63,026 bases of DNA from Actinomycetes bacterium (GCA_021777355.1 JAJYDO010000004.1:1-63026); one strand, 5' to 3'. Shown: positions 43,043 to 53,324, counted from the stretch's first letter. The notes: generated by a model not told the origin, from the sequence alone. Translations and numbers: made by a program.

Positions 43043-43975
43043 TTAGCCCGCCTTAGTCGGACAAGATCCTGCCGTTCCACTTCCGTATCCCAGTGAAGAG
43101 TAGTTTTGCACCTCACTGGCTGGCGGAACTGAAACAGAGACTGCTTCGCCAAAGTTGGAAAAGCCAACCGTCATACTCATGGTGGCCTTGCTGTTTGCTC
43201 CACTCAAGTCAGAAATGACCCAATTGAATTGAATTTGTCGAGTGTAGCCAGAAGAGTCAATCCAGATATTCATGGGGAAATTTGTAGTGCCAATGCACTG
43301 CATTGCACTAATCATGTCTTGGCTTGCTCCTTCAATCGCTGCAGCCTTGGAAATATCGACATCTGCAGTGTACTCAGTCGTGGATACTCCGCCTACAGTA
43401 GCTTGACCTACAGTAGTAACTGATCCGACCTTTGAAAGAAAAGTTAGAAGCTCAGTAGGGTCGGTAAGTGCATTTTCAAATGCAGTAGAAGTGGTGTTTG
43501 CAGCTGAATTCATTTCAATCCAAGGCTTAGTCACCATTGGGAGGTCTTTAAAAATACTTGACCCAAGGTAAACATTCGAACCATCGATAATTTCATTTAT
43601 TGTGAGAGACATAGCGCTAGAAAAAGACGAAGTCTCACTTAAATTCATTGCCGCCATGTGCGTTTGAATATTCTCATCGCCGCTTCCTGAAAGAGTAACC
43701 GAAATGTTCATAGCGGAAGATAGTGACATGGTCATCGTTCCATTTAAGGTCATATGGTAGGTTTTTACTTTTCCAAGCGTCACCGCTGCAAGCTGTACTG
43801 CCTGAAGGCCTCTAGGAGCTTGAATTAATGTCGTACTGGGGTTGCCAGCGGAACTCGGGCTTCCAGCTGAAGTCGTATTGGTAGCTCCCGGAGTATTGGA
43901 AGAGCATGCGGCAATGCCTGCTCCGGCCAATACCAAAGCTGCCAGCTTGGTTCCATATTTTGAAATGAGTCTCAT
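43043..43975 (-). CDS. Lipoprotein, LppX/LprAFG-like
   Basis: Lipobox IAAC; WIDSSGY...FSNFG...V.VPP pattern; start moved to ATG 43975. Confidence 0.7.
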   Translation of the reverse strand: MRLISKYGTKLAALVLAGAGIAACSSNTPGATNTTSAGSPSSAGNPSTTLIQAPRGLQAVQLAAVTLGKVKTYHMTLNGTMTMSLSSAMNISVTLSGSGDENIQTHMAAMNLSETSSFSSAMSLTINEIIDGSNVYLGSSIFKDLPMVTKPWIEMNSAANTTSTAFENALTDPTELLTFLSKVGSVTTVGQATVGGVSTTEYTADVDISKAAAIEGASQDMISAMQCIGTTNFPMNIWIDSSGYTRQIQFNWVISDLSGANSKATMSMTVGFSNFGEAVSVSVPPASEVQNYSSLGYGSGTAGSCPTKAG

Positions 43976-44077
43976 ATCGGCGATAATAGCACCAAGATTG
44001 CGGATTTGCACAGGAAGAATAGTTTGTTAACTATTAGAGTTGCACCTAGGGCAGCGCCAGGAAAATGGTTGGGAGAA

Positions 44078-44126
44078 TTGACGAAAGGCAAACTTCGGGA
44101 TATTATATAAGTGATTACTTACTTAT
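44078..44126 (+). promoter_or_regulatory. Sigma70 promoter with adjacent palindromic TetR-type operator
   Basis: TTGACG 44078-N17-TATTAT 44101, then ATAAGTGATTACTTACTTAT (16/20 self-complementary). Confidence 0.6.
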
Positions 44127-44140
44127 TAAAGGAGGATTTG

Positions 44141-45091
44141 ATGTCCTTAGCCGTAGAAGTGGCCCCAAATATTGCAGAACGCCTAAATAATGCCAGTGCA
44201 GCAAGAAGGTGGTATCCATTTTCCAAGGACATCATTGACTGGAGTGTCCCGCTTAGTAACGAATGGTCTTACATGCCAAAAGGACACTCGGTCTTCAGTG
44301 GCACAGGACTTTTAGAGCAGATGGACAATGGAGCCAGAAGCTTTCTGGAGAGGTGGGAGATGACTCAACTCATGAGAAACGTGGCACATGGAGAACACCT
44401 CTTAAATCAAGGGATTTTGGCACTTCTTTGGTATGTGGATCCTTATGACCCAAGCTATAGATACCTTCTCCACGAAGTGGCCGAAGAGTGCCAGCACATG
44501 GCAATGTTTAATCAATGGGTCAGAATCAATGGAGATATCAAGACCAAAAGCGCCGGAGAACAAGGTTGGGCCAAGACTATCTCCGACTTCACAATGGATA
44601 TTGCAGTCAGGATTCCTGAAGCATTTTGGATGAATGTACTGCTATTTGAATTTATTGGTGATGATTTTAATCAAGCAATGCGGGAAAACAAAGAGTTAGC
44701 AGTCGGCGATGACGGTCGGCCTATGCACCCAATCCTCGTGCAAATTGGCGTTACCCACACTTCAGAAGAGGCCCGGCATATTGCATATGCCCGAAAGTGG
44801 CTCGAAAAAGGAATGGAGTCCGCCACAGAACAAGAGGTGAAAGAGATTCAGGATTTAGCCCAAGTGGGCGCACAGTTGATAATTGATCGAAGGTCAAATT
44901 TGCCTTTACACTACTCGGAACAACTTGAACCCTATGTGTCAAAAGAAGAGTTTGATTCGCTAAGGACGGACTCTCCGGCCTCGCTAAAAGTTATTCGGCA
45001 ACTGAAAAAACTTCTGGATGAGTTTGTAAACCTAAGAATTATTCACCCTGACGTGATGGCAAAATGGGAAGACTCCGGTGCCTTTAACTGA
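44141..45091 (+). CDS. AurF-family diiron oxygenase
   Basis: HEVAEECQH and HTSEEARH diiron motifs; AAGGAGG RBS before ATG 44141. Confidence 0.85.
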   Translation: MSLAVEVAPNIAERLNNASAARRWYPFSKDIIDWSVPLSNEWSYMPKGHSVFSGTGLLEQMDNGARSFLERWEMTQLMRNVAHGEHLLNQGILALLWYVDPYDPSYRYLLHEVAEECQHMAMFNQWVRINGDIKTKSAGEQGWAKTISDFTMDIAVRIPEAFWMNVLLFEFIGDDFNQAMRENKELAVGDDGRPMHPILVQIGVTHTSEEARHIAYARKWLEKGMESATEQEVKEIQDLAQVGAQLIIDRRSNLPLHYSEQLEPYVSKEEFDSLRTDSPASLKVIRQLKKLLDEFVNLRIIHPDVMAKWEDSGAFN

Positions 45092-45698
45092 CAAAAGAAG
45101 AAGCGATACACGGCTTAAGATAATCGAAGAGGCGGCAAACGCTTTTGGCCATAAAGGCTATCAAAATACCTCAATCGCAGAGATCGAGGGTCTTTCGGGT
45201 CTAAGGCCGGGTTCCGGAGGCCTCTATAGGCATTTTGCTTCAAAAGAAGAAGTTTTGCTCTCAGTTATAGCCGAGTACCACAAGCGGGTGAAGAACCTCC
45301 GGCACACACTTTCTGCTACTGAAGAAAAATCTCCAGTCGGAGAGCTGCAGGAGGTCTTTGACGCCCTTCTCGCCTTTGCTTCGGGTGAAGAAGCCATGTT
45401 GGCAATAGGTTCAGATACCACGGGACTTCCTGAGTTAGCGGTGGCGGCAATCGGTGAAACTTGGGATGAAGCCTACGGAATATTTAGAGATTTATTTGAG
45501 CGGAACGGAATAGACGAGACATCTTCTGCCTGTATGGCTGTTGGAGCAATGGGGTCGCTCTACCACTATTTTTCGCATCTAGGCTCGTTTGGAACTACAC
45601 CTTTAAATATAAATCTTTATGACTATTTAGACAATTGGGCCAAATTCTGGTCTTTGATATTTGATAAAGAACTTCAAAAAGTAAGGAGCAATACATAA
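45078..45698 (+). CDS. TetR/AcrR-family regulator
   Basis: GYQNTSIAEI...GGLYRHFASKEEV. Confidence 0.92.
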   Translation: MPLTDKRRSDTRLKIIEEAANAFGHKGYQNTSIAEIEGLSGLRPGSGGLYRHFASKEEVLLSVIAEYHKRVKNLRHTLSATEEKSPVGELQEVFDALLAFASGEEAMLAIGSDTTGLPELAVAAIGETWDEAYGIFRDLFERNGIDETSSACMAVGAMGSLYHYFSHLGSFGTTPLNINLYDYLDNWAKFWSLIFDKELQKVRSNT

Positions 45699-45700
45699 AT

Positions 45701-47149
45701 ATGAAGCCGCATAAATTCATCATCATTGGTGCTGGAATGGCTGGTATCGTGGCAGCCATCAAGCTCAAAGAAGCAGGCTTTGAACACATCGAGATATTGG
45801 AAAAAGCAGACAGCCTTGGAGGGACTTGGAGGGAAAACACCTATCCTGGTGTAGCCTGTGATGTCCCGTCGCACCTTTACTCGTACTCATTTGAGTTGAA
45901 TCCAAATTGGAGCCACGTATTCTCGCCGGGTTCAGAAATTCTAAATTACTTTAAAGAAGTAGCCAAAAAGTATCAGGTTGACGACCTAATTAAGTACAAC
46001 CAAGAGGTCACTTCAGCTCACTTTAACGGAAATGAGTGGGAAGTAAAGACTTCAACAGGATTCTTATCGAGTGCCGAGTATTTAATTGGCGCTACCGGAG
46101 TACTACATCATCCAAAATACCCCGACATCAAAGGGATTGAAGATTTCAAGGGTGAGATCTTTCACAGCTCTAGATGGAATCATGACATTGACTTAGCCTC
46201 TCTTAGAGTTGGCGTAATAGGTTCTGGGTCAACCGGTGTCCAGATTGTTTCGGAACTGTCAACCCAAGTAAAATCCCTGACTCTCTTTCAAAGAACACCG
46301 CAATGGATCTTTCCGCAGTTTAACCCTGAATATTCAGCACATGATATTGAAGGATTTACGCTTGATCCCACAAAGATGCAAGAGCATCGCGAGCTGATGT
46401 CCACAGTTTTCACCGAAGGATTTTCAAATGCCGTGGTTGATGCAGATTCTCCTCAGATGAAAGTAATTGAAGAGACTTGCTTACAAAATTTAGAGTCATC
46501 AATCAAAGACCCTGAGTTAAAGGAAAAACTCAGACCTAAGTACCGAGCGGCCTGCAAACGATTGGTTATTTCAGGATCCTTTTATGAAGCTATGAACCGG
46601 CCTAATGTAAAGCTGGAATGCGGCGGAATAAAAGAGATAGTAGTAAACGGGGTAAAGCTAGATAACGATAGATTAGTGGAACTTGATGTGCTGGTTTTGG
46701 CTACAGGTTTCAAAGCCGACGCCTTCTTGAGACCCATGGAAGTTTCAACATGTGAAGGAAACTCAATCGAATCGGCTTGGAAAAGTAGGCCTGAGGCATA
46801 CCTTGCAGTCACGGTTCCCGGGTTTCCCAATCTATTTCTGTTAAATGGACCAAATGGACCTGTAGGGAACTTCTCCCTTATCGATGTGGCCGAACTTCAA
46901 GTTGACTATGTATTGAAGTTAATATCTCACCTTGACTCAAATGGCTTCAAGAAAGTTTCACCGACTCAAGCCGCATTGGAAGACTTTGAGGCTCAAAGAG
47001 TAGAAGCTGCGAAAAAAACCGTTTGGGTAACAGGTTGCAAGAGCTGGTATCTGGACGACCGCGGCATTCCTGCGGCTTGGCCTTGGCCATTTGAAAAGTT
47101 CAGGCAGGTCATGTCAGAACCTGATTATTCAGCCTTTGTCTTCAGCTGA
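45701..47149 (+). CDS. Baeyer-Villiger-type flavin monooxygenase
   Basis: GAGMAG, GGTWRENTYPG, FKGEIFHSSRW, GSGSTG, LATGF. Confidence 0.92.
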   Translation: MKPHKFIIIGAGMAGIVAAIKLKEAGFEHIEILEKADSLGGTWRENTYPGVACDVPSHLYSYSFELNPNWSHVFSPGSEILNYFKEVAKKYQVDDLIKYNQEVTSAHFNGNEWEVKTSTGFLSSAEYLIGATGVLHHPKYPDIKGIEDFKGEIFHSSRWNHDIDLASLRVGVIGSGSTGVQIVSELSTQVKSLTLFQRTPQWIFPQFNPEYSAHDIEGFTLDPTKMQEHRELMSTVFTEGFSNAVVDADSPQMKVIEETCLQNLESSIKDPELKEKLRPKYRAACKRLVISGSFYEAMNRPNVKLECGGIKEIVVNGVKLDNDRLVELDVLVLATGFKADAFLRPMEVSTCEGNSIESAWKSRPEAYLAVTVPGFPNLFLLNGPNGPVGNFSLIDVAELQVDYVLKLISHLDSNGFKKVSPTQAALEDFEAQRVEAAKKTVWVTGCKSWYLDDRGIPAAWPWPFEKFRQVMSEPDYSAFVFS

Positions 47150-47170
47150 GAACTTCTGGACGGGAACTTT

Positions 47171-47806
47171 CTAGTGTATGGCCCCGCTATCTTTGAAAAC
47201 ACCTCTAAGCTCTTTAACTCCGAGATAAAGAGCTACTAACCCAATTGCGCAAGCTGTGAGAGGATCTGCCAAATGGCTATGGTAGTTTTGAGTAATGGCC
47301 AGGGAAAAAAGAGCCATTAACGAAGTAGCTGCGCCTACAAAAGTAATATGTCCGTCGATCTTAAGACCCTTTGAGCCAAGAGCGCCTGCAATTCGATACT
47401 TAAGGACACCAAGGAATGGAAGAAATAGAACTGAGCTAGAGGCCAAAATGAGTCCCAAAATCGACAGGGAGGAACTCTGGTCGTGAATTATCTTGTTTAA
47501 TCCGCTAAATTCCATAGCAATGGCTATTGCCACTAGACCTCCTCCGGCAAATACCTGTGCCCGTTTTTCTAAGACTAAAGGAGAAGGATGCCCTTTTATC
47601 TCACCTAAGAATCTGTGAAGCAACACTACGGAGGAAAGCACATCGATGAATACAGTGGCTCCAAGTCCAACAAGCGAGAGCGAGCCTGAGCGAAACCCCG
47701 TAACAACTTCTAAAATTCCTGTAGAAGAACTCCAAACTACTGAAATAAGACTCACCAAAGCAGCGTGTTTTAGTGAAAAACTCCTTTTAGCGGGACTCAC
47801 GGCCAC
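47171..47806 (-). CDS. Cation-efflux (CDF-like) membrane protein, TM domain only
   Basis: About 6 TM segments; SGSLSL, ID.LSS, KIDG, ADP. Confidence 0.7.
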   Translation of the reverse strand: MAVSPAKRSFSLKHAALVSLISVVWSSSTGILEVVTGFRSGSLSLVGLGATVFIDVLSSVVLLHRFLGEIKGHPSPLVLEKRAQVFAGGGLVAIAIAMEFSGLNKIIHDQSSSLSILGLILASSSVLFLPFLGVLKYRIAGALGSKGLKIDGHITFVGAATSLMALFSLAITQNYHSHLADPLTACAIGLVALYLGVKELRGVFKDSGAIH

Positions 47807-47917
47807 TTATGTCAAGCAAATACGGGAAAATAAACATCTAGCTGGTTAATATTCTATAGCCATGTTTATTATCAACGAATTATGCGATACCTCTCTTGCA
47901 TCTGAGATCATTGTCTG

Positions 47918-48673
47918 ATGCAGCTAAACAGGATTCGATTTTCTGGCAAAGGAAAAATCCGTGACCCGCTCGGCGACTTAATTGGAGCAAAACTTGGTCA
48001 GTGGTTTGTTCTGGTTGTAACTTTGGTGCTTTTGGTTACTCCAAGCACCTTCGCATCTACCAACTTAGGGGTAGTTATCCTGCCTATTTCACTGCCGGGG
48101 CTGATTATGGACAATCCGGGCCCGACAAATGGACCTTTAAGTGGAGACACCGGTCTGGTTTCGGGATTAATACCCTACGTTGTTAAAGTTAGCGGGAGCG
48201 GTACTGCGTACATAAGAACTTGGTCGGATTCAAAAACCGGGGATCAAGTTTCCATCGAGGCAATAGAGTCAAATTCATTTTCGGGAATGGCAGCTGCCTA
48301 CCAAGGGGTTAAACAGGCCCTGCTAAGAGTTTCGGGACAAGTGAGCGTAGTGAGCGCTTTTAGCGTTCGAGAGTTGCCAAACGCTGTTGGCACAACTCTC
48401 ATGGGCAAAGCGGCAGGAAAAAAAGTGACTGCCCAGCAGGTTGCCTTTTTGACAAAGAACACGATTTTTATTGTGCGGCTTGACTCGCAAGTTGGCCACT
48501 TTCAACCAGCCGATGCTGAAAAACTGGCCGAATCTCAGTCTGGAAGGGCTTTGGCTCTGCTACCCAATGCACCAAATTCATTTCCTTGGTACATTGTTTG
48601 GATAGTCGGTGGTTTAATGGTTATAGGGATGTCTGCGATATTTTTTAGATTGACGAGGAAAGAATCAAAATGA
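47918..48673 (+). CDS. Secreted, C-terminally anchored hypothetical protein (paralogue of next gene)
   Basis: Signal-like segment, C-terminal TM plus basic tail. Confidence 0.7.
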   Translation: MQLNRIRFSGKGKIRDPLGDLIGAKLGQWFVLVVTLVLLVTPSTFASTNLGVVILPISLPGLIMDNPGPTNGPLSGDTGLVSGLIPYVVKVSGSGTAYIRTWSDSKTGDQVSIEAIESNSFSGMAAAYQGVKQALLRVSGQVSVVSAFSVRELPNAVGTTLMGKAAGKKVTAQQVAFLTKNTIFIVRLDSQVGHFQPADAEKLAESQSGRALALLPNAPNSFPWYIVWIVGGLMVIGMSAIFFRLTRKESK

Positions 48674-49632
48674 GAAACTTTAATGTCGCAAGTAGGCAAT
48701 CAGGTGTATTCGGATTTCCTTTAATAATGAAAACCTTATTTTTAGCAGTTGCCCTTATTATGCCAGCTTTTATTTTTCATCTCGCGGTAGCGGCTACAAA
48801 CTTGGATCTTTCCCAAGTAATCGTGTCGAGCGCAGTTCCGGGGATGTCAGAGCTGCCGTTGGGAATTCAAAATGGGCCCGTTACAGGAAGCCAGATTCCT
48901 GCCGTTTTAGGCGGAACATTCCCGGCGCTGCAAAAGGCACTTTATTTTGAATCAAGCAACACGCAGATCTATAAGCGATCTTGGGCCACTCCGGGTTCCA
49001 ACGCAGACGGCGCCATAGTCATTGCAATACAAATGCCGGATCGTCCAAGTGCCAGGAATCTGCTGAATCAAATTGACGCACAAAAACCAATCGGCGGCCA
49101 AGCAACTTCCCAAAGCGCCATCAGCGTATCTGGAATTCCCGGTGCCGTGGGATATCAACAAAGTGTTCCTGTGCCCGGTGCCAACCTCTCGGTCCAAGTC
49201 GTCGTTTTTAGAGTGGGCCCTGTAGTTTTTGAAGTCTATGTTGAATCTCCTTTCAATCATTTCAAGTCAGATACCGTTCTGTCTCTCGCCGAAGCCCAGT
49301 ATCAACAGGCTCTCACATTTATCCCGGCAGTTCCCATTAGCTCCACCACTCTCCCGGCGGTTGCCTCAACTGTTCCTATTGCCACAAATACTTCAAGCGG
49401 TTTGTCTCCGGCACTTATTTTTGGCGCGGCGGCAGTTTTGGTGCTGGCCGGACTTGCGGGATTGATTTTCTACCTGAAAAGACGGAAGAAACTTCAGAAA
49501 AACCTATGGGAAGAAAGGGGACTTCCTAAAGCTCTTACACTTGCTCAACGAGAGGCAATAGCCAGAGAGGAACTTGGCCTCGATCCTTATAGGCCACCTA
49601 ATATAAACGATCAAAATATTACGGGACGCTAA
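48670..49632 (+). CDS. Secreted, C-terminally anchored hypothetical protein
   Basis: Signal-like segment, S/T/P linker, TM followed by KRRKK; ATGA overlap. Confidence 0.75.
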   Translation: MRNFNVASRQSGVFGFPLIMKTLFLAVALIMPAFIFHLAVAATNLDLSQVIVSSAVPGMSELPLGIQNGPVTGSQIPAVLGGTFPALQKALYFESSNTQIYKRSWATPGSNADGAIVIAIQMPDRPSARNLLNQIDAQKPIGGQATSQSAISVSGIPGAVGYQQSVPVPGANLSVQVVVFRVGPVVFEVYVESPFNHFKSDTVLSLAEAQYQQALTFIPAVPISSTTLPAVASTVPIATNTSSGLSPALIFGAAAVLVLAGLAGLIFYLKRRKKLQKNLWEERGLPKALTLAQREAIAREELGLDPYRPPNINDQNITGR

Positions 49633-49698
49633 AAACTAAGCTTTCGTTCCATAAGTAGTTTTTTTGGAGTCAGAAGGGTCGCCAACTCCATTTAATTT

Positions 49699-50133
49699 TT
49701 AATGAAATGCTTTTGAATCAGCGGCGCGAAGTCTGCCGGCAACTGCCTGGAGCAGTTTCTTTGTAAGACCGGGCACCTCTGCGAGAAGTCCGGTGAACTC
49801 TCTTTGCGCTAGCACAAGAACAGTCATTTCCGAAGCGGCTCGTACGGTCGCCGAGCGAGGCCTGTGGTCCAAGAGGGCTAACTCCCCAAAGAACTGACCC
49901 GGACCAAGGGTATTTACCTTGCGGCCATTTCTGATTACATCAGCGGTTCCCGAGAGAATAATAAAGAATTCTTCCCCAGGAGCACCTTCTTCACAGAGAA
50001 GCCTTCCGGCTTCTACTGTAACTTCGGTGAACGCCCGCCGTATTTTGGTTAGCTCCGCTTTTGAACATGTGGAGAATACCCAAATCTGACTTAAGTCTAA
50101 CTTTGCTGCTGTTGCCATATATGCACGATACAC
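49699..50133 (-). CDS. Stand-alone cyclic-nucleotide-binding domain protein (start may be 50118)
   Basis: GQFFGELALL...PRSATVRA. Confidence 0.9.
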   Translation of the reverse strand: MYRAYMATAAKLDLSQIWVFSTCSKAELTKIRRAFTEVTVEAGRLLCEEGAPGEEFFIILSGTADVIRNGRKVNTLGPGQFFGELALLDHRPRSATVRAASEMTVLVLAQREFTGLLAEVPGLTKKLLQAVAGRLRAADSKAFH

Positions 50134-50255
50134 CTAAATGCACACTGTTGTGAAGTGAAAATCCATAACTTTTTGCATTACCTCCCTACACTCGCTCAAA
50201 TTTAGATTGCATAGCGCCCGGCCTGCAATTTAGCGTTTCCTGGGCCTGTTAAAAT

Positions 50256-50309
50256 GGAAAAGCCCCCAATACTGCGCGCAGGGCCTGCACAGTCATCGAG
50301 GGCTTTTCC
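50256..50309 (-). terminator. Long hairpin, likely terminator of amt-glnK
   Basis: GGAAAAGCCC...GGGCTTTTCC, 11 bp after the glnK stop. Confidence 0.6.
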
Positions 50310-50320
50310 TTCTGAGCACC

Positions 50321-50668
<348 letters not shown>

Positions 50669-50761
50669 CTATCGCTATTAAGAATTTCAACCTCTGCGAG
50701 TTTAAAGTCTCTATTTGATCCTAGAAGCTCTAAACAAGATGTAGTTAACTTTTTCATTTTG

Positions 50762-52234
50762 CTACCTGCTTTCGGCCATCTCGGCATCGTCACCCATGTC
50801 GTAGCTTCCCATTCCGCCGATTCTTTCAGCAAAAGTCTCACGAGGGTTAACTTCTTCGTCGTGGATGGCTAGGTCGCCGATCATTAAGACCTCATCGGTC
50901 TCACGCAGACCACGGCATACGAATTTTACGATCTGGAGAAGGATGAATGTTCCAATGGCTGAAAAGAGAATAATCCACACTGCTGCCCGGAACTGCTCCC
51001 AGAGTTGGTGGAAACCACCGCCGTAGAACAGTCCGTTGACCGAAAATGGCGTAACAGCAGATGCGCCAGTTCCACCTCCAACGGCAAAACTGCTTGTTCC
51101 GGAAGCTCCGTATTCAATCATTCCCGGATCAGCCAGGAAACCGACCATCAAGCCTCCAAGCAGTCCCGCGATGCCGTGCGTATAAATTACACCCAGTGCG
51201 TCGTCAACCTTGGAAAACGGCTTTACTTTAGAAAGGAAGTTCCAAGCAAACCAAACTACAAACGAAGCTACAAATCCAACAATGATTGCCCCGTATCCGT
51301 CCACCCATCCGGCAGATGGGGTAATGGCAACCAACCCGCAGATCATTCCGTTAATTGCACCCAGCAAAGTCGGCTTCTTCTGCTTTGAAAAGCCCATATC
51401 CATAATCAACCAGGTAAGAAGGGCAGCAGCAGTTGCCACATTGGTGTTTAAAACAGCTGCAGCTGCATCTGCTCCGGCATAGAAAGGGTCACCTCCGTTG
51501 AATCCGTTCCAACCCAACCACAGGATGCCAGCACCAAGAGCTGCCATGAATAAGTTGTTTGGAACCCCGTGCTCACGGTCTCTTTTCAATCTGGGTCCCA
51601 ATACCCAAGCGGCAACAAATCCTGACACTCCTGCTGAGAGGTGAATTACGTAACCACCGGAGTAGTCAACTGCACCTTCAGCTGCAAAGTATCCACCGCC
51701 CCAGAGCAAGAAAGCATCAATGCAGTAGACAAATGTGCACCAGAGCGGGACCAACAAAAGCCAGGCCTTGAACTTAATTCTGCCAATGACCGAACCCAAG
51801 AACAAAAGCGGGGTAATTGCGGCAAAGACAAACTGGAAGTATGCAAGTGTAGCGGTTGGGAAGTGGAACGGGATAAGACTTTGAGCTCCCGACACCGCCT
51901 GGTTTTGCTCGGCAAAGTGGCTTGTTATCGGGTAGGGTTTTCCAACCATGTCCCTGAAAAAGTGCATGATGCCGGTTCCGCCTCCTGAACCAACGGCATT
52001 TCCAAAGCCCATGTTGTAGCCCCAAAGGACCCAAACAATTAAGACAAGTGAAAAACCGGTAAATGCCATGAGCATGGTATTTATGGCCCATTTCTTTTGG
52101 ACTATTCCGCCGTATAAGACGGCCAAACCCGGAAGACTCATCAAGCCGACCAAAGTGGCAGAGACTAGCTGCCACGTATTGTCGCCCGGATTGAGCCAAC
52201 TCGGATATGGAGAGTAAGCGATTGTCGCGATCAC
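50762..52234 (-). CDS. amtB: Ammonium transporter
   Basis: FQFVFA, DYSGGYVIH, LWLGWNGFNGG, GLVAITP, DDALGV..HG; start moved to GTG 52234 after AAAGGAG. Confidence 0.95.
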   Translation of the reverse strand: MIATIAYSPYPSWLNPGDNTWQLVSATLVGLMSLPGLAVLYGGIVQKKWAINTMLMAFTGFSLVLIVWVLWGYNMGFGNAVGSGGGTGIMHFFRDMVGKPYPITSHFAEQNQAVSGAQSLIPFHFPTATLAYFQFVFAAITPLLFLGSVIGRIKFKAWLLLVPLWCTFVYCIDAFLLWGGGYFAAEGAVDYSGGYVIHLSAGVSGFVAAWVLGPRLKRDREHGVPNNLFMAALGAGILWLGWNGFNGGDPFYAGADAAAAVLNTNVATAAALLTWLIMDMGFSKQKKPTLLGAINGMICGLVAITPSAGWVDGYGAIIVGFVASFVVWFAWNFLSKVKPFSKVDDALGVIYTHGIAGLLGGLMVGFLADPGMIEYGASGTSSFAVGGGTGASAVTPFSVNGLFYGGGFHQLWEQFRAAVWIILFSAIGTFILLQIVKFVCRGLRETDEVLMIGDLAIHDEEVNPRETFAERIGGMGSYDMGDDAEMAESR

Positions 52235-52329
52235 TCCGTGTGCTCCTTTCTTCTTTTTAATAAACACCTGGATCCGGAGTACACGGCGTGCCCTGCCGAC
52301 CAGGAATATTTATATTCTGAGCCGACGGT

Positions 52330-52367
52330 GTTTCGCCAAGGTCACATTTGTGTTACCGCTTTGTAAA
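52330..52367 (-). promoter_or_regulatory. GlnR box
   Basis: Minus strand TTTAC-N6-GTAAC-N6-GTGAC-N6-GAAAC upstream of amtB. Confidence 0.8.
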
Positions 52368-52399
52368 CAAATATTGAAGTTGAAAACGCAGAAGCTTTG

Positions 52400-53140
52400 C
52401 TAACCCGCCTGGCTTGCTACTGCCTGGCTTGCTTTAGATATTGCTTCGGGATCTCCTATGTAAGAGACGCCTAGAAGCTCCAGAGTTTTTGAAAAGTCGT
52501 AAACACGAGGAATTCCGGTTGGAATATCAATATCGACAATTTCTTGGTCAGAGATGTTCTCCAAGTGTTTCAAAAGTGCGCGGTTGCTGTTGCCGTGAGC
52601 TACTACCAAAACATTTTTGCCATCCAAAAGAGCCGGGGCTATTTCGTCCTGCCAAAAAGGGATCATGCGAAAAACAACGTCTTTTAGACATTCGGTTGCC
52701 GGAAGAGCATCTTTTGGCAGCATTTTGTACTTTTTGTCGTGAATTGGGTGCCTCTCGTCGCTTTCTTCAAGGGCCTCAGGCGCGATGTCGTAGCTTCTTC
52801 TCCACAACTTGACCTGGTCTATTCCGTATTTATCAGCTGTCTCTTTTTTGTTTAATCCCTGCAATTTGCCGTAATGGCGCTCATTAAGCCGCCAAGTTCT
52901 GCTAATCGGAAGGTAGGAAAGATCCATCTCCTCAAGAGCAATAGAAGCAGTTCGAATGCTTCTCTTTAGGACCGAAGTATAAACAATGTCAGGGACTATT
53001 TGGGCTTCGACAAGCGATCTGCCCGCTAGCTGAGCCTCGCTTTCACCCTGTGTGCTCAAATCAACATCTGTCCATCCAGTGAACCTGTTTTGGGCGTTCC
53101 ACTCGCTTTGGCCGTGGCGGATAAGTATAAGTTTTGCCAT
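52400..53140 (-). CDS. gpmA: 2,3-BPG-dependent phosphoglycerate mutase
   Basis: RHGQSEWN, LNERHYG, AHGNS; start ATG 53140. Confidence 0.97.
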   Translation of the reverse strand: MAKLILIRHGQSEWNAQNRFTGWTDVDLSTQGESEAQLAGRSLVEAQIVPDIVYTSVLKRSIRTASIALEEMDLSYLPISRTWRLNERHYGKLQGLNKKETADKYGIDQVKLWRRSYDIAPEALEESDERHPIHDKKYKMLPKDALPATECLKDVVFRMIPFWQDEIAPALLDGKNVLVVAHGNSNRALLKHLENISDQEIVDIDIPTGIPRVYDFSKTLELLGVSYIGDPEAISKASQAVASQAG

Positions 53141-53226
53141 GTAAGAAGAATAGACCTTGCCTGAAAAGAATGGTAAAAAATGGGTCCAAAGACCCAATTT
53201 AGGAGAATCAACCAGAAAATTAAACT

Positions 53227-53260
53227 AAGTTGACAACAAGGCACTCAACTTTGCTATAAT
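53227..53260 (+). promoter_or_regulatory. dnaK promoter with HAIR (HspR operator)
   Basis: GTTGACA-N7-ACTCAAC 53229-53249; TTGACA 53230 and extended -10 TGcTATAAT 53252-53260. Confidence 0.75.
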
Positions 53261-53324
53261 TACCACTATAAGAAAGCCAGTGGCAGGTTGCCATTGGGTT
53301 GAAAAGGAAGGAACGGAGGCACAA

